From Prochlorococcus sp. HOT208_60m_813O14 (GTDB taxonomy: Bacteria > Cyanobacteriota > Cyanobacteriia > PCC-6307 > Cyanobiaceae): 64,000 nt of DNA. Positions within the stretch are counted from its first letter, which is position 1. Each line of letters begins with the position of its first letter. The notes under the pieces were generated by a model. It was given only the letters and a program-made list of their open reading frames with translations, was not told where the DNA came from and did no database searches. Below are positions 20,996 through 31,618 of this stretch, one piece after another. The translations under genes and the position numbers were made by a program. Location of the stretch: the NCBI GenBank assembly GCA_002025945.1, contig MWOO01000138.1, positions 10,155 to 74,154 on the forward strand. Reading direction: 5' to 3'.

Positions 20996-21412
20996 TTGGA
21001 TTCTTTTGATTCAGCCACTAAAAAATTTAAAATCCCCTTATTAACCGATTCGGTATCAGCAGGGTTTCCTTCTCCTGCAGATGACTATACAGAAGAAAAT
21101 ATTGATTTAAACGAACATTTAATATCTAATCCGTTTAGCACTTTTTTTCTTAGAGTTAAAGGTGACTCAATGATAAATGCAGGAATTAAAGATAAAGATT
21201 TAATAATAGTAGACAAGAGCTTAACAGCCAGGCCAGGGAATATCATTATTGCAATGATAGACGGAGAATTTACAATAAAAAGATTATCTATAAAAAATAA
21301 TGAATTATATTTAAAAGCAGAAAATCATAATTATCCTGATTTTAGATTTAAAAACCATATTGATGTACAGATATGGGGAGTTGTTATTTATTCAATACAT
21401 AGCTATTTATGA
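20996..21412 (+). CDS. umuD: DNA polymerase V subunit UmuD (S24 peptidase)
   Basis: SAGFPSPA cleavage site, V.GDSM catalytic Ser, FTIKRL catalytic Lys. Confidence 0.95.
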   Translation: MDSFDSATKKFKIPLLTDSVSAGFPSPADDYTEENIDLNEHLISNPFSTFFLRVKGDSMINAGIKDKDLIIVDKSLTARPGNIIIAMIDGEFTIKRLSIKNNELYLKAENHNYPDFRFKNHIDVQIWGVVIYSIHSYL

Positions 21413-22695
21413 GAATTTCAAACATTGATGCAATAGCTCTTATAGATGCTAATAATTTTTACGCGTCCTGTGAACAAAATATTAATCCTCATTTGAGAAA
21501 TAAACCAGTAGTAATTTTATCTAATAATGACGGATGTATCATTGCAAGAAGCCCTGAAGCGCGAGCTTTAAAAATTAAAATGGGAACTCCGTATTTTAAG
21601 GTCAAAGAAAGACTAAATAAATTAGATGTAGCAGTCTTAAGCTCAAACTACTCGCTTTATGGGGATATGAGCAGAAGACTAATGAATTTACTAAAAAATT
21701 ACTGTGAACAGATAGAAATTTATTCTATTGACGAAGCATTCGTCTCGATTTCTAGACCTAATGATGAAAATCTATATCCTTGGGCAAGAAGCATAAGATC
21801 ATTAATATATCAGAATCTAGGGATTACCATAACAGTAGGAATAGGAGAAAATAAAGTAAGAGCAAAAATTGCTAATAAACTAGCTAAAAATATTGATTAT
21901 TCAGCTGGAATATTTGATTTAGCTAGAACCGAAAATGAGAATAATTATTTAAAAAGAATTAGTATAGATAAGATATGGGGAGTTGGGAAACAAACCTCTA
22001 ATTGGTTGCAAAGTAAAGGTATTAAAAATGCGAGAGAACTAAGAGATATGGAAGAAAATGAAATCATTAAGAAATTAGGCATCGTAGGGAAAAGACTGCA
22101 ATTAGAACTGAAAGGCCATAGATGCCTGCCCATAGAAAAAAACAAGAAATCAAAAAAAGAAATTCAGGTGAGCAGGAGTTTCGGCACGCCTATCACAAAA
22201 TTAGAAGACTTAACTCAAGCACTGGCAACTCACGCAATAAAAGCCTCTGAAAAAATGAGAAGTCAGAATTTGCAATCATCTGATATTAGAGTATTTGCCA
22301 GAACCAGTAAATATTCAAGTCAAAATTATCAAAGAAGTGTCCATAGAAAACTTACAAATGCAACAGATGACACAAATAAAATTTTAAAAATAGTAGTTGA
22401 ATTATCTGAAGAAATTTATAATCCTGAATATAAATTCTCAAAAGCTGGTGTTTTAATGCAGGATTTAACTAATAGCGAATATTTACAGCAATCAGTTATC
22501 AATTACAAATCTCAGAAAGACTTAAAAAAATCAGCAAATCTTATGAGAACGATTGATTTATTGAATAAAAGATTTAATAACAATGCAATTACATGGGCCA
22601 TTACAAAAAATCCACAAAGTTGGAAGATGAATAAGAATTTCTTAAGTCGCTCATCTACAACTGATATAGAAAAAATCCCAACTATAGTGAAGTAA
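21409..22695 (+). CDS. umuC: DNA polymerase V subunit UmuC (Y-family)
   Basis: DANNFYASCE, LSNNDGC, YSIDEAF, SRSFG; ATGA overlap with umuD. Confidence 0.95.
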   Translation: MRISNIDAIALIDANNFYASCEQNINPHLRNKPVVILSNNDGCIIARSPEARALKIKMGTPYFKVKERLNKLDVAVLSSNYSLYGDMSRRLMNLLKNYCEQIEIYSIDEAFVSISRPNDENLYPWARSIRSLIYQNLGITITVGIGENKVRAKIANKLAKNIDYSAGIFDLARTENENNYLKRISIDKIWGVGKQTSNWLQSKGIKNARELRDMEENEIIKKLGIVGKRLQLELKGHRCLPIEKNKKSKKEIQVSRSFGTPITKLEDLTQALATHAIKASEKMRSQNLQSSDIRVFARTSKYSSQNYQRSVHRKLTNATDDTNKILKIVVELSEEIYNPEYKFSKAGVLMQDLTNSEYLQQSVINYKSQKDLKKSANLMRTIDLLNKRFNNNAITWAITKNPQSWKMNKNFLSRSSTTDIEKIPTIVK

Positions 22696-22705
22696 ACAAA
22701 ATAGA

Positions 22706-23173
22706 ATGGAATTTATATTATTTTTGAGCAAATTAGATAAAGAGATTCTTAACTTATTAAGTAAAGCAAACTACATAGTTGAAGAAAATAAAATTGAATG
22801 TCTATTAAACAAAGAAATAAAAGGGCTACATAATTTTAAAGAAAATAAAATAATAATATGTACTGAAAACGCAAAAAGGAAAACAAATTATAGAAATAAG
22901 AATCAACAACCAAATAAAGATAACATCAAAACAGAAAGGGCGATAAGAAAAGCATTAAGACACGAAGCAACTCATGCGATACAAAAATGTAATGACAATA
23001 AAACAATAGGGGATATAAAAAAATTAGAAAGTAAATTGCATCAAAGTAAAAGAAAAGCATTAGAGTTCTCTAGTTCAAATTTTTCTGGGACTTATGCGAA
23101 AGAAGTAGAAGCTTATGTTCTTGAGGATAAACCCAAAAAAGTTAAAAACTTGATTAAAAAATACTGCCTATAA
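22706..23173 (+). CDS. Hypothetical protein with HExxH zinc-metallopeptidase-like motif
   Basis: LRHEATHAIQ plus downstream EVEAY. Confidence 0.65.
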   Translation: MEFILFLSKLDKEILNLLSKANYIVEENKIECLLNKEIKGLHNFKENKIIICTENAKRKTNYRNKNQQPNKDNIKTERAIRKALRHEATHAIQKCNDNKTIGDIKKLESKLHQSKRKALEFSSSNFSGTYAKEVEAYVLEDKPKKVKNLIKKYCL

Positions 23174-23189
23174 ATTAAAAATTTTTATA

Positions 23190-25223
23190 TTAACTAGCGA
23201 TGAAATTGCCACAACGTTGTTTATCTAAAAAATTAATATGTTGCCTTTCTAAGTAATATAATTCCTGAAATTTGATCGCATCTGAGTTTAAATCCTTAAA
23301 AAGATCATCTATCTCTTTATTTGTATTCGAAGAACCTGAAGAAGGATTATCAATTAAAATAGATATACAATTTTCTAAAGTTTTTAATCTTTGAGATCCC
23401 CAAGATTCGATTAAGTGTCTACATCTTTTAAGAGAATTATATTTCTCAAGAAGTGATAATGTTCCTAGTAAATTGTCTTTAGGATTACTCAGCAATGTTA
23501 AAAACAACTCATTTGGATTAATAAAAATATTAATTTTATTTGATGATTCAGGATTATTGAGAGCTAAGTAATCAGGCAGAAGTGAAATTAAGTTAATAGA
23601 AGAAAAATCTTTTTGAAGATTTTGATTATTTGATTGTTTTAAATCATTTAAGTAGTTTAAACCTAAATTATTTTGTTCAATTTTTGAAATAGATTCCCAT
23701 AGACTTTGAATATAACTAGTATTAAAAACATTAATTTCTCTTTTGAGAAATTCATCACGAATAAATAGCCTAAGATCTGGACAATGTAAATAATAAAAAA
23801 TTATTTCTGATTCATTTTTCTCCCGTCGGGAAATTTCATTTGGTTGTTCAAATTTTTTTGATCTACCATGCCAACGAAATCCCTTTACTTGATTTCTTAA
23901 ATCTTGTTCAAACTGTATTGCTAACCTAGCTTGTCCCTTACTTAATTTTTCGGAAACTTTTTGTAGATAATGAGTTCTGGTTGATGATTGAGGTAATTTA
24001 CTCAATAATTTTACCAATGACGAAATAACACTCTGGAAAATTTCAGACTTAGTTAAATCTTTATCTTTAAAAATCTGATCAATCTCCCAATCAATCCAAA
24101 AGGATGAATTATCAATTAAATTAAAATAATCTTCAGGAGTATGACTATTTAAATATTCGTCAGGATCTTTGAAATCAGTTAGTTGAAGTATCTTAAGATT
24201 AATTTGATCATGAATGGATAGACTCTCGACTTCTTTAATTACTCTTTTTGTAGCTAAAATACCTGCATTATCAGAATCAAAATTTAAAATTATATTTTTA
24301 TTATCTGTACATCTACATAGTTGAGAAATTTGATACTTATTTAATGCGGTACCGAGAGAAGCCACAGAATTAGTAATACCCTTTGAATGAAGAGAAATAA
24401 CATCAAAGTAGCCTTCCACAATAATGGCTTTATCTCTTTTCCTAATATTGCTAGAAGCTTTTTCGAATCCAAACAACATTTTGCCCTTTTCAAATATCTC
24501 TGATTCAGGAGAATTAAGGTATTTAGGTTCCTGACCATCAAGAGATCTTCCTCCGAAAGCAACTACTCTTCCCTGCATATCATGTATTGGTACAATTAAT
24601 CTATTTCTAAAACGATCATAAATCTTATCAGAATTATCTTTAGAAATTGCAAGGCCTGAAGCTAATATTAAATTGATAGGAAATTTTTCTACCTTGGATA
24701 GATAGTTAAATAAATCATTCCATGAATTTGGGGCAAAACCTAATTCAAAGTTATCAATAATCTGGTGACTCAAGTTTCTCTTGGTTGTTAAATATTTCAT
24801 AGCTTCAAAACCAAGAGAATTATTTAATTGAGACTTAAACCAATTTTTAGTGACTCTTAATATTTTATAAAGCTCTTCCTTTCTAGATAATTGTTTTTTA
24901 TAAGCTTCTACTTGAGGACCCTCAAGATTTTCAACATTAATATTATTCTTCTTAGCAAGAGAAAGTACAACATCTGAAAAATTTGCACGAGTAAATTCCA
25001 TTAAAAATTTAATAGAGTTACCACCAGCACCACAAGAAAAACAATAATAGAATTGTTTACTTGGTGATACCGTCATAGATGGCTTAGTATCATCATGAAA
25101 AGGGCAAATCCCAACAAATTCCTTGCCTTTCTTCTTAAGAACAATATGTTCAGATATAACGTCAACAATATCTGCTTTTTCCTTAACCTCTTGAATAGTT
25201 CTTGGGTGTATAGAATGAACCAT
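23190..25223 (-). CDS. dnaG: DNA primase
   Basis: CPFH..KPS and CFSCGAGG zinc finger, KYLNSPE, TOPRIM VEGYFD and FDSDNAG. Confidence 0.98.
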   Translation of the reverse strand: MVHSIHPRTIQEVKEKADIVDVISEHIVLKKKGKEFVGICPFHDDTKPSMTVSPSKQFYYCFSCGAGGNSIKFLMEFTRANFSDVVLSLAKKNNINVENLEGPQVEAYKKQLSRKEELYKILRVTKNWFKSQLNNSLGFEAMKYLTTKRNLSHQIIDNFELGFAPNSWNDLFNYLSKVEKFPINLILASGLAISKDNSDKIYDRFRNRLIVPIHDMQGRVVAFGGRSLDGQEPKYLNSPESEIFEKGKMLFGFEKASSNIRKRDKAIIVEGYFDVISLHSKGITNSVASLGTALNKYQISQLCRCTDNKNIILNFDSDNAGILATKRVIKEVESLSIHDQINLKILQLTDFKDPDEYLNSHTPEDYFNLIDNSSFWIDWEIDQIFKDKDLTKSEIFQSVISSLVKLLSKLPQSSTRTHYLQKVSEKLSKGQARLAIQFEQDLRNQVKGFRWHGRSKKFEQPNEISRREKNESEIIFYYLHCPDLRLFIRDEFLKREINVFNTSYIQSLWESISKIEQNNLGLNYLNDLKQSNNQNLQKDFSSINLISLLPDYLALNNPESSNKINIFINPNELFLTLLSNPKDNLLGTLSLLEKYNSLKRCRHLIESWGSQRLKTLENCISILIDNPSSGSSNTNKEIDDLFKDLNSDAIKFQELYYLERQHINFLDKQRCGNFIAS

Positions 25224-25319
25224 TGAGATTATTATCGGAAAAATAAATAATGATTTATTTGTTATAGGTCAAAATCAAATAAGAATCTACTTAATTTCAC
25301 AAAAAAGCTATTTTTTTAA

Positions 25320-26210
25320 ATGATAAATATCAAAGAATTAGAAAAAAGAATTAATTCATTAAATAAGTATAATTTGGTATTTGCCTCATTCTTCTTCAGT
25401 TTAATGACTTTGTGCGTAAAAAATATTGATAAAAGGATACCTATTTATGAATTGGTTTTATTCAGATCATTGTTAAGTTTAATAATTACATTATTTATAA
25501 TTAATATAAAAAATATAAATCCTTGGGGCAAAAATAAACCATTACTTATTTTAAGAGGCGTTTTAGGAACTTTAGCTTTAGTTTGTATTTTTTATGCGAT
25601 AAGAAATATGCCTCTTAGTATATCTACTGTAATTCAGTACACATATCCTATTTTTATATCTATATTTGCTGGCATATTTATAAACGAAAAAATAACTCAT
25701 AATATAATTTTCGCTTTAATTATTGGCTGGAGTGGAATATTAATAATCTTGAATCCAAGCCAATTATCAAATATAAACGTTGAAATTGAAAATATTTCGA
25801 TTTCAGTAGCATTTCTTGGAGCAATCTGTACCGCATTGGCTTACGTTACAGTTAAGAAACTTTCATTTACTGAAAATATTTATGTAATTATTGAATATTT
25901 TCCACTTGTTTCTTTTATAACTCTATTACCAATTGTTTTAATCAATTGGGTTACCCCAAATTGGAGTGAACTAGTTTGGATAATAGGGATTGGCTTATTT
26001 ACTCAATTAGGTCAGACTTTCTTAACTATAGGATTAAAAAATTTACCTGCATCTGAAGCATCAACAATTAATTATTTACAAGTTTTATTCGGTTCAATTT
26101 GGGGGATTTTGTTTTTTAGTGAAATAATAAACATAAATTTTTTATTGGGCTCCTCACTGGTTTTATTAGGAACTACTATATCTACTACCAAAATAATCAA
26201 AAAGACATAG
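25320..26210 (+). CDS. DMT/EamA family transporter
   Basis: About 10 TM helices in two EamA-like repeats. Confidence 0.85.
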   Translation: MINIKELEKRINSLNKYNLVFASFFFSLMTLCVKNIDKRIPIYELVLFRSLLSLIITLFIINIKNINPWGKNKPLLILRGVLGTLALVCIFYAIRNMPLSISTVIQYTYPIFISIFAGIFINEKITHNIIFALIIGWSGILIILNPSQLSNINVEIENISISVAFLGAICTALAYVTVKKLSFTENIYVIIEYFPLVSFITLLPIVLINWVTPNWSELVWIIGIGLFTQLGQTFLTIGLKNLPASEASTINYLQVLFGSIWGILFFSEIININFLLGSSLVLLGTTISTTKIIKKT

Positions 26211-26232
26211 AATATTAGTAAGGTAAAAAAAA

Positions 26233-26592
26233 ATGATGAAATTTTACTATTTAGCTTTATTATTTTGTTTTTCTCCTATCGTTCAAGTTAATGCAACTAC
26301 CCCAAAATCAGTAACTTGTACAAGAACTGAATATAGAGAAGAATACATTCCTGGAACGAAATCAAACCCAGGATACGTAAAGAGCTATGAAGTGGACGTT
26401 GTAATACCTTGTGGGGGTCAAAGCAAAGCTGAAAAAATAGATGAAAATGATTGTAGTGAAGGTTCTGTTATTGGTGGGCTTCTTGGTGCTGGGATAGCTT
26501 TATCCTCATCTAGAGGTAAAGACAGGTTTTGGGCCGTACCTGTTGGCGGTACTGCAGGAGCATTAATTGGATGTCAGGTGGATGGTGGTTAA
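26233..26592 (+). CDS. Secreted/envelope protein with C-terminal glycine zipper
   Basis: Signal peptide; GSVIGGLLGAGIA...GGTAGALIG glycine zipper; four Cys in the mature part. Confidence 0.7.
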   Translation: MMKFYYLALLFCFSPIVQVNATTPKSVTCTRTEYREEYIPGTKSNPGYVKSYEVDVVIPCGGQSKAEKIDENDCSEGSVIGGLLGAGIALSSSRGKDRFWAVPVGGTAGALIGCQVDGG

Positions 26593-27270
26593 TTGATTAG
26601 TTGGATAAATGGGGATTTAGTTGATATATGGCAAACTAACCAAAAATTCTTTGTTTTATTAAATTGTCAAGGGTTAGGATACCAAATACAAATACTGGAA
26701 TCCTTTTTTCTAAAATTAAAAACAAATCAGAAATTTAATAAAAACATAACCCTTTGGATAAAACATATTAAGAAAGAAGATTCAGATTTATTATTTGGTT
26801 TTACATCAAAGGATCAAAAGAATTTCTTTATTGAAATTTTAAGTATTAGAGGTGTTGGATCTCAAATTAGTATGGGGATATTAAATAAATTTTCTATTAG
26901 TGAAATAATCAATGCAATAAAAACACAAAACAAAAAATTAATTTGTTCTGTACCTGGTGTAGGACAAAAAATGAGTGATCGATTAATTTTAGAATTAAAA
27001 AGTAAATTTAAAAGCGAAATTCTAATTGAAGAAGAAAAAAGCAAAGATAAATTAGAGATTAAGGATCCTGAAATTAATAAAATGATGGAGGACCTTCAGT
27101 TAACCCTTCAATCATTAAATTACAAAAATAAAGAAATAAAGACTATTTTGCCAATTATTATTCAAGAAGTAGATCTCCTAGGTAAAAATGAAAATAATTT
27201 ATCATTTGAAAAACTATTGAAGTTAGCTATGCATTATCTGGATGAGGATAGTAGTAATATAACTAGATGA
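26593..27270 (+). CDS. ruvA: Holliday junction branch migration protein RuvA
   Basis: MISWI.G, GLGY, LFGF, HhH motifs IRGVG and VPGVGQK. Confidence 0.93.
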   Translation: MISWINGDLVDIWQTNQKFFVLLNCQGLGYQIQILESFFLKLKTNQKFNKNITLWIKHIKKEDSDLLFGFTSKDQKNFFIEILSIRGVGSQISMGILNKFSISEIINAIKTQNKKLICSVPGVGQKMSDRLILELKSKFKSEILIEEEKSKDKLEIKDPEINKMMEDLQLTLQSLNYKNKEIKTILPIIIQEVDLLGKNENNLSFEKLLKLAMHYLDEDSSNITR

Positions 27271-27302
27271 CGTAGTATCATAGATAAAAAGAAATAAATT
27301 TT

Positions 27303-27572
27303 ATGTCATTAGATACAGCTGAAAAACAGAAGCTGATTGAAAATCATCAAGTGCATCCAACTGATACAGGTTCAGTTGAAGTACAAGTAGCAATGCTTTC
27401 TAAAAGAATATCGAAATTAAGTGATCATCTTCAAGGAAACATTCATGATTTCGCTTCAAGGCAAGGATTATTAAAAATGATCGGTAAAAGGAAAAGATTA
27501 CTTTCATACTTAAAAGACAAAAACGTTCAAAAATATCAAGAACTAGTTAAGAAAATTGGAATCAGAGGATGA
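27303..27572 (+). CDS. rpsO: 30S ribosomal protein S15
   Basis: [30 protein letters not shown]. Confidence 0.99.
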   Translation: MSLDTAEKQKLIENHQVHPTDTGSVEVQVAMLSKRISKLSDHLQGNIHDFASRQGLLKMIGKRKRLLSYLKDKNVQKYQELVKKIGIRG

Positions 27573-27581
27573 TCTCAATTA

Positions 27582-28035
27582 ATGAAAAAAAAGCAAAAAC
27601 ACAAAAAAAAATACACAAAATAAAAAGAAAAAAAACTATTCTGAAACTGCTGCTTTCGCTAATCTAGAAAAAACATCTATTCCTGTAACCAAGCCAAAGC
27701 GATCATCAAGTGGCATCCCAAAATATGTTGCTGACAGAATGGCAAGAAGAATATTCTTTACAGCTGGAATACCGACAATATTAGGAATGTCTGTTTTTGT
27801 TGTTAGCTACATTATAGTTACAAAAAATATTGCTGAAATACCTCCGTCCTCAACCATCGCAATTTCAGCATTGTTTTTCTTGTTAGGTCTAGCAGGATTG
27901 AGTTTTGGAATATTATCAGCAAGTTGGGATAAAGAGCCTGGATCTTTTTTTGGTATTGAAAATATACCAATGAACATACAACGTGCAAAAGCTGCCTTTA
28001 AACCTGCAACTCAAAATTTTGAGGATAAAAGTTAA
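27582..28035 (+). CDS. pam68: PAM68 (DUF3464) photosystem II assembly factor; 5' end apparently frameshifted, intact ORF 27739-28035
   Basis: IPKYVADRMARR..F..GIP and GLSFGILSASWD...GS motifs; the ATG at 27582 is out of frame by +1 with the conserved body. Confidence 0.75.
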
Positions 28036-28036
28036 T

Positions 28037-31000
28037 CTAGGAAACTAAAGATTTCAAATTAACTTGGAATGATTTATCTTCTAATAATTTGCGGGCTCCT
28101 TGAATATCTCCAATACAGAATTGTTCACCAAATTTAACGTAGGTAACACTATTTTTATTTCTTACTGCAGCTAAAACTGGAATCTTGATTCCACATTTAC
28201 CTTTATCGGGTTTAAATTTAATTAGGCAGTCTCTCAAGGTATTTTGTATCCTTACATCTGATGCTTGAGAACTTTCAAGATTAATAATTAGCAATTTAAG
28301 GTTATCGATTTCTCTACAATCATCAATTATTAATTGAGTCTTATCACTTTTTTTATCTATTGTTCCCCACACCAACAATCTAGTATCAGTCAAAAGAAAT
28401 TCTGATAATCTGAGATATGTTTTTGGAAAAACTATTGCTTCGCAACTTCCAGAAAGATCTTCTAACTGAACTATAGCCATCCTATCTCCTTTTCTCGTTG
28501 TAATTTGCTTCAAATCAGGGATCATCCCAACTAAAGAGACTTTTGTTCTATCTTTTGTTTCTTCTAACTGCGAAATACTTATAGGTGAAATTAATTTTGC
28601 TGGCTTAGTTAAATGTTTTAGAGGATGATCAGATAAATAAAAGCCTAATAGCTGCTTTTCTAACCTTAACTTCTCAATGAGTGAATAATCATCAACCCTA
28701 GCTAATTGTGAATCTGAAAAAGCAACATTAGAAAATTCTTCTTTAGAGTCAAATAGATTTCCTTGCCCGGATAATCTATCACGATTTCTCGAAGAGGCCC
28801 ACTCCATAACATGTTCGAGATCAGATAATAACTGAGCTCTATTATTGTCATTTGAAAACTCATCAAGTGCTCCGCAATGAATAAGAGATTCAAGACTTCT
28901 TTTGTTAAGAACATTAGAAGGCAAACGGTCACACAAGTCAGACAATGACTTAAAGATTCCAAAACTATTTCGGTTTTCAATTATGTTTCTTATTGCAGAA
29001 TCTCCCAAATTCTTAATTGCAGATAGCCCAAATAAAATCTGATTTTTCTTAATAGTGAAATCAACTCCAGAAAAATTAATGCTTGGTGAAATAACTTCTA
29101 TTCCCATTGAATAACAATTAGAAATATATCTTTGCATCTTGTCGCTAGAGCCAGAATTTACACTTAAAAGGGCTGCCATATAAGCAACAGGAAAATGGGC
29201 TTTTAAAAAAGCAGTTTGATAAGTTACAGCACCATATGCAGTTGAGTGACTTTTATTAAAACAATATTCTGCGAATAAAACCATTTGATCAAAAAGATCA
29301 TTGGCTAATTTTTCATTTACACCCTTCTTCATAGAACCTTCTACAAAAATATTTCTATGCTTTACCATCTCAGATACTTTCTTTTTACCCATCGCTCTTC
29401 GAAGTAAATCAGCATCACCCAATGAATAACCGGCTAGGTCTTGAGCAATTTTCATGATTTGTTCTTGGTATACCATAATTCCATAGGTTTCAGTGAGAAT
29501 TGATTTAATAAAGGGATGAGGGAAATCAACCTTTTCGTTACCATTTTTTCTATTTATGAATTTAGGGATAAGGCCTGCATCAAGAGGACCAGGTCTATAA
29601 AGAGCAAGTATGGAAGAAATATCCTCTAGAGAGTTAGGTTTGAAATCTTTTACGACCTGTTTCATACCAGAAGATTCGAGTTGAAAAATACCTTCAAGAT
29701 CTCCTCTCCCAATAAGTTCAAAAGTTTTACCATCATTTTGAGGTAATTCATCGATATTTATTTTCTTTCCAGTTGATTGATTAATAAGAGAAACTGTCTT
29801 TTCAATCATAGTAAGATTCTTAAGGCCCAAGAAATCCATTTTCAATAATCCAAGTGATTCGATATCGTCCATAGAATATTGAGTTATTATTTGCCCTTCA
29901 TTATTCCTTTGAAGAGGTACAAGTTCGTCAAGAGGATCTGATGCGATAACAACACCAGCAGCATGAACTCCATAAGTTTTATTTGTTCCTTCAATTCTCA
30001 GGGCCAAATCGACCCATTTTTTGACCCTATTGTCATTAATATATTTGTCTCTAAACTCTGGACTCGGAGAATTATCATCAATCATTTCATTAATTTTATA
30101 AGGTTTCCCTCTTACAACCGGTATTAACTTAGCCAATTTATCCGCCTCTCCATATGGAATATCCAGAACCCTTGCAACATCTTTTAAAACCGCCTTAGAG
30201 GTCATTTTATTGAAAGTAATTATTTGGGCAACCTTATCCTCTCCATAACGATTAGTAACATAATCAATAACTTCATTTCTCCTATCAATACAAAAGTCGG
30301 TATCAATATCTGGCATAGACTTTCTAGCAGGATTTAAAAACCTTTCAAACAATAATCCATGCTCAACGGGATCTATATTTGTGATTTGGAGAGCATAAGC
30401 TACTAGTGAACCTGCTGCAGAACCTCTACCTGGACCTACCGGGATAGAGTTGTCCCTAGCAAATTTGATATAGTCCCAGACAACTAAGAAATAGTCTGGG
30501 AAACCCATATCTTTAATAATTTTCAATTCCGAAGATAGTCTATTTTTATAGTTATCATCAACTTCTGTAAGATCATTTTTTTTAAGTCTTTTTAAAAGAC
30601 CTTTGTAAGTTAATTGTGTTAGGAAAGAAAATGAATCTGTATCTTCGTTAAGAGGGAATTTTGGCATTCTATAATTACCAAACAAATCAAATATTTCAAC
30701 TTTTTGAGAAATTTCTACTGTATTGTTCACTGCATCATTAATTGACTCATCATCAATATGATCTCTAAAAAGTTCCAGCATTTCATTCTCACTTTTAATA
30801 TATTCTGTACCGGTATATCTCAATCTTTTTTCATCACTTATTAGTTTTCCCGTCAATACACAAAGCAAAGCATCATGTGCTTCAACATCCATATTTGATA
30901 AGTAGTGCGCGTCGTTGGTAGCAATGACTTTTATTTGGTGCTTCTTACCAATTTTTATTAATTCAACGTTTACAATTCTATCCTCAATAGAGCCGTGATC

Positions 31001-31534
31001 TTGTATTTCTAGATAAAAATCATCTGCAAATAATTTTTTATACCAAAGAGCAATGTCCTCTGCTACGTCTAATCTACCTTTTAAGATAGCCTGAGGTATC
31101 TCTCCACCAAGACAAGCTGTAGAAACTATTAGACCATCACTATATTTACTTAAAAGAGATTTATCAATACATGGTCTAGAAAAAATACCTCGACCTCTCA
31201 TCCCATTTAGGTGACTAATTGTTGTTAACTTCACTAGATTTTTATAACCAGTGTAATTTTTTGCTAACACCACCAAATGATATCTTTTTTCTTTTTTTGG
31301 TTGAGGATCATCAATAGAACCATTAATTACATACATTTCATTACCAATTATTGGTTTTATACCTTTCTCTGCACACTTCTTGACTAAATCAAGAACCCCA
31401 TACATAACACCATGATCGGTCAGAGCAATAGAATCCATTCCAAGATCACTAGCTCTATCAACAATTTTAGATATTTGACTGGCTCCATCAAGCAGACTAT
31501 AGTCACTATGATTATGGAGCGGAACGAAACCCAT
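28037..31534 (-). CDS. dnaE: DNA polymerase III alpha subunit (unsplit, no intein)
   Basis: PHP domain HNHSDYSLLDG, GPGRGSAAGS, MPDIDTDF, contiguous FAEYCFNKSHS. Confidence 0.98.
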   Translation of the reverse strand: MGFVPLHNHSDYSLLDGASQISKIVDRASDLGMDSIALTDHGVMYGVLDLVKKCAEKGIKPIIGNEMYVINGSIDDPQPKKEKRYHLVVLAKNYTGYKNLVKLTTISHLNGMRGRGIFSRPCIDKSLLSKYSDGLIVSTACLGGEIPQAILKGRLDVAEDIALWYKKLFADDFYLEIQDHGSIEDRIVNVELIKIGKKHQIKVIATNDAHYLSNMDVEAHDALLCVLTGKLISDEKRLRYTGTEYIKSENEMLELFRDHIDDESINDAVNNTVEISQKVEIFDLFGNYRMPKFPLNEDTDSFSFLTQLTYKGLLKRLKKNDLTEVDDNYKNRLSSELKIIKDMGFPDYFLVVWDYIKFARDNSIPVGPGRGSAAGSLVAYALQITNIDPVEHGLLFERFLNPARKSMPDIDTDFCIDRRNEVIDYVTNRYGEDKVAQIITFNKMTSKAVLKDVARVLDIPYGEADKLAKLIPVVRGKPYKINEMIDDNSPSPEFRDKYINDNRVKKWVDLALRIEGTNKTYGVHAAGVVIASDPLDELVPLQRNNEGQIITQYSMDDIESLGLLKMDFLGLKNLTMIEKTVSLINQSTGKKINIDELPQNDGKTFELIGRGDLEGIFQLESSGMKQVVKDFKPNSLEDISSILALYRPGPLDAGLIPKFINRKNGNEKVDFPHPFIKSILTETYGIMVYQEQIMKIAQDLAGYSLGDADLLRRAMGKKKVSEMVKHRNIFVEGSMKKGVNEKLANDLFDQMVLFAEYCFNKSHSTAYGAVTYQTAFLKAHFPVAYMAALLSVNSGSSDKMQRYISNCYSMGIEVISPSINFSGVDFTIKKNQILFGLSAIKNLGDSAIRNIIENRNSFGIFKSLSDLCDRLPSNVLNKRSLESLIHCGALDEFSNDNNRAQLLSDLEHVMEWASSRNRDRLSGQGNLFDSKEEFSNVAFSDSQLARVDDYSLIEKLRLEKQLLGFYLSDHPLKHLTKPAKLISPISISQLEETKDRTKVSLVGMIPDLKQITTRKGDRMAIVQLEDLSGSCEAIVFPKTYLRLSEFLLTDTRLLVWGTIDKKSDKTQLIIDDCREIDNLKLLIINLESSQASDVRIQNTLRDCLIKFKPDKGKCGIKIPVLAAVRNKNSVTYVKFGEQFCIGDIQGARKLLEDKSFQVNLKSLVS

Positions 31535-31618
31535 ACTCAATCAATTTATATATATAAGATAGAGAAAATTTCTAAAATATCTATACTTTTTGATTACAAA
31601 TTAATTATTACTACAAAT

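Noticed and set aside
28037-31534. Possible split intein in dnaE, as in many cyanobacteria
   Set aside because: The insertion site FAEY/CFNKSHS is contiguous, so no intein is present
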